Below are positions 62,010-64,000 of a stretch of 64,000 nucleotides of DNA, piece after piece (the first letter of the stretch is position 1; every line of letters begins with the position of its first letter). Position numbers and translations under genes: made by a program. This stretch comes from Takakia lepidozioides (Eukaryota; Plantae; Bryophyta): assembly GCA_030704615.1 (NCBI GenBank), contig CM060734.1:11222001-11286000 (forward strand), read 5' to 3'. The notes beneath the pieces were generated by a model. The model did no database searches, was not told where the DNA came from, and saw nothing but the letters and a program-made list of their open reading frames with translations.

Positions 62010-63645
62010 CGTGAGAAAAAAGAATCGGCTGTAAATTGTGCGGTCAATTTATTTTCTTTTTATATATATTTTTTAATTTTATTATTAGAAGAATTGACCT
62101 TCATTACAGAAGTTTTTGAAATATTTATTTTATTTTTATTTTATTTTCAGTTTTGAAACGAGTGTCGTCCAACCGATCGACGCGCTACGCTCAAGCTATT
62201 TTCTCAGCATTGCATGAGTTTTTTAAAATTAAAAAAAAAACGGCCCTCAATTGTGCGGTCAATTTATTTTCTATTTATAAAAATGAAAATATTTAAAAAA
62301 ATAATAAAAAATCGACCTCTCACCAGGACGCGCACGTCCTGTATTCTCACATTGCGGGAGTTTTTGAAATTTTTATCTTATTTTTATTTTCCTTCTACTT
62401 TCGAAAGGAGCGTCGTCCAACCAATGGACGCGCTACGCTCAGGCTATTTTCTCAGCATTGCATGAGTTTTTCAAATTAAAAAAAGAAGCGGCCGTCAATT
62501 GTGTTGTCAATTTATTATTTATTTATTTTTTCTTAAAAATAATCGACCTCTTACCAGGATGCGCACGACCTGTATTCTTACATTGCAGGAGTTTTTGAAA
62601 TATTTATCTTATTTTCATTTTCCTTCCATTTTTTAAAGGAGCGTCGTCCAACCAATGGACGCGCTATGCTCAGGCTATTTTCTCAGCATTGCATGAGTTT
62701 TTAAAATTAAAAAAAGAAGCGGCCGACAATTGAGCGATCACTTTATTTTCTTTTTATACAGAAAAAATATTTTGTTAATTTTAAAAAATAATAATTGACG
62801 CCTTACCAGGACACGCACATCCTGTATTCTCGCATTGCAAGAGTTTTTGAAATATTTATCTTATTTTCATTTTATTTTCATTTTTGAAAGGAGCGACGTC
62901 CAACCGATGGACGCGCTATGCTCATACCATTTTCTCAGCATTTCATGAGTTTTTTAAATTAAAAAAAGAAGCGGCCGTCAATTGTGTGGTCAATTTATTT
63001 CCTATTTATAAAAAGATTTGTTTTTTAATTTTATTTAATAATCGACCTCTTACCAAGACGCGCACATCCTGTATTCGCACATTGCAGAAGTTTCTGAAAT
63101 ATTTATCTTATTTTCATTTTCCTTCCATTTTTTAAAGGAGCGTCATCCAACCAATGGACGCGCTACGCTCAGGCTATTTTCTCAGCATTGCATGAGTTTT
63201 TTAAATTAAAAAAAGAAGCGGCCGTAAATTGTGCGATCACTTTATTTTCATTTTATATAGAAAACATATTTTTTAATTAAAATAATTAAAATAATTGACG
63301 TCTTACCAGGACGCGCACGTCCTGTATTCTCGCATTGCAGGAGTTTTTGAAATATTTATCTTATTTTCATTTTATTTTCATTTTTGAAAGGAGCGACGTC
63401 CAACCGATGGACGCGCTATGCTCAGACTATTTTATCAGCATTGCATGATTTTTTAAATTAAAAAAAGAAGCGGCCGTCAATTGTGCAGTCATTTTATTTT
63501 ATTTTATTTTATTTATTAAAAAAGAAAATATTTTATTTATTAAAAATGTATTTTTAAACAAATCGACCTCCGACCAGGACGCATGCATCCTGTATTCTCA
63601 CATTGCAGGAGTTTTTGAAATTAAAAAAAGAAGCGACCGTCAATG
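62010..63645. repeat. AT-rich ~250 bp tandem satellite (about 6.5 units)
   Basis: TCCAACC anchors at 62168, 62416, 62647, 62899, 63146 and 63399. Confidence 0.92.
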
Positions 63646-64000
63646 ATGGTGTTGTTTTGTGATAGTTCTGCGCGCTACGTGTCTTTGTGCATGGTATAAA
63701 CCGCACGCTACGCTTATCACTAATCCCTCCCGCTTACTCCTAACCATACTGATGTTTAGACTACAAACCTCACTCATCTACGGCCAACTCACTAATCAGG
63801 CTGTCGGTAGGGTTGCTAATCCGCAATTAGCAGAATAATTACCTGGACAACTTACCAAAAAACGTACTAAATAAAATATTACAAAATAATAATAAGCGAT
63901 AATTAATTGAATGAACTGTCAAATACGTTCACAAGTTTTCATCTTGGAGGCGTCTTTTATTATTTCCGCTGCAATATTTATTGTCCTCCTTTACCCGAAC

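Overview
This is a repeat-dense eukaryotic window. Spliceosomal GT-AG introns, a PPR remnant and plant-type Ty3/Gypsy elements suggest a non-seed land plant (inference). No intact host gene is evident. The dominant component is a nested cluster of at least six copies or fragments of one DNA-transposon family. Each full element appears to pair a plus-strand transposase (GCM/WRKY-like Zn domain, Mutator-type DDE core, extra Cys domain, SWIM) with a divergently transcribed multi-exon ParB/Srx-domain gene. Other copies carry an intron-containing, bacterial-type beta-class amino (N6-A/N4-C) DNA methyltransferase gene next to a terminus. Copies share terminal motifs (CCACGGTTATAGGC, GCTCACG arrays), and each subfamily has its own 22-28 bp palindrome repeated in introns or subtermini. 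One of these palindromes occurs in both the ParB gene and the methyltransferase gene, linking them. Also present: two 3'-truncated Met-PBS Ty3/Gypsy copies, an Arg-PBS Tat/Athila-like Gypsy plus a related gag, a degenerate LINE with a 2A-like GDIHPNPGP motif, a tRNA-derived SINE (2 copies), a CACTA end, two internal inversions, a ~121 bp tandem array and a ~250 bp satellite. Domain calls come from motif recognition by eye; no database searches were run.
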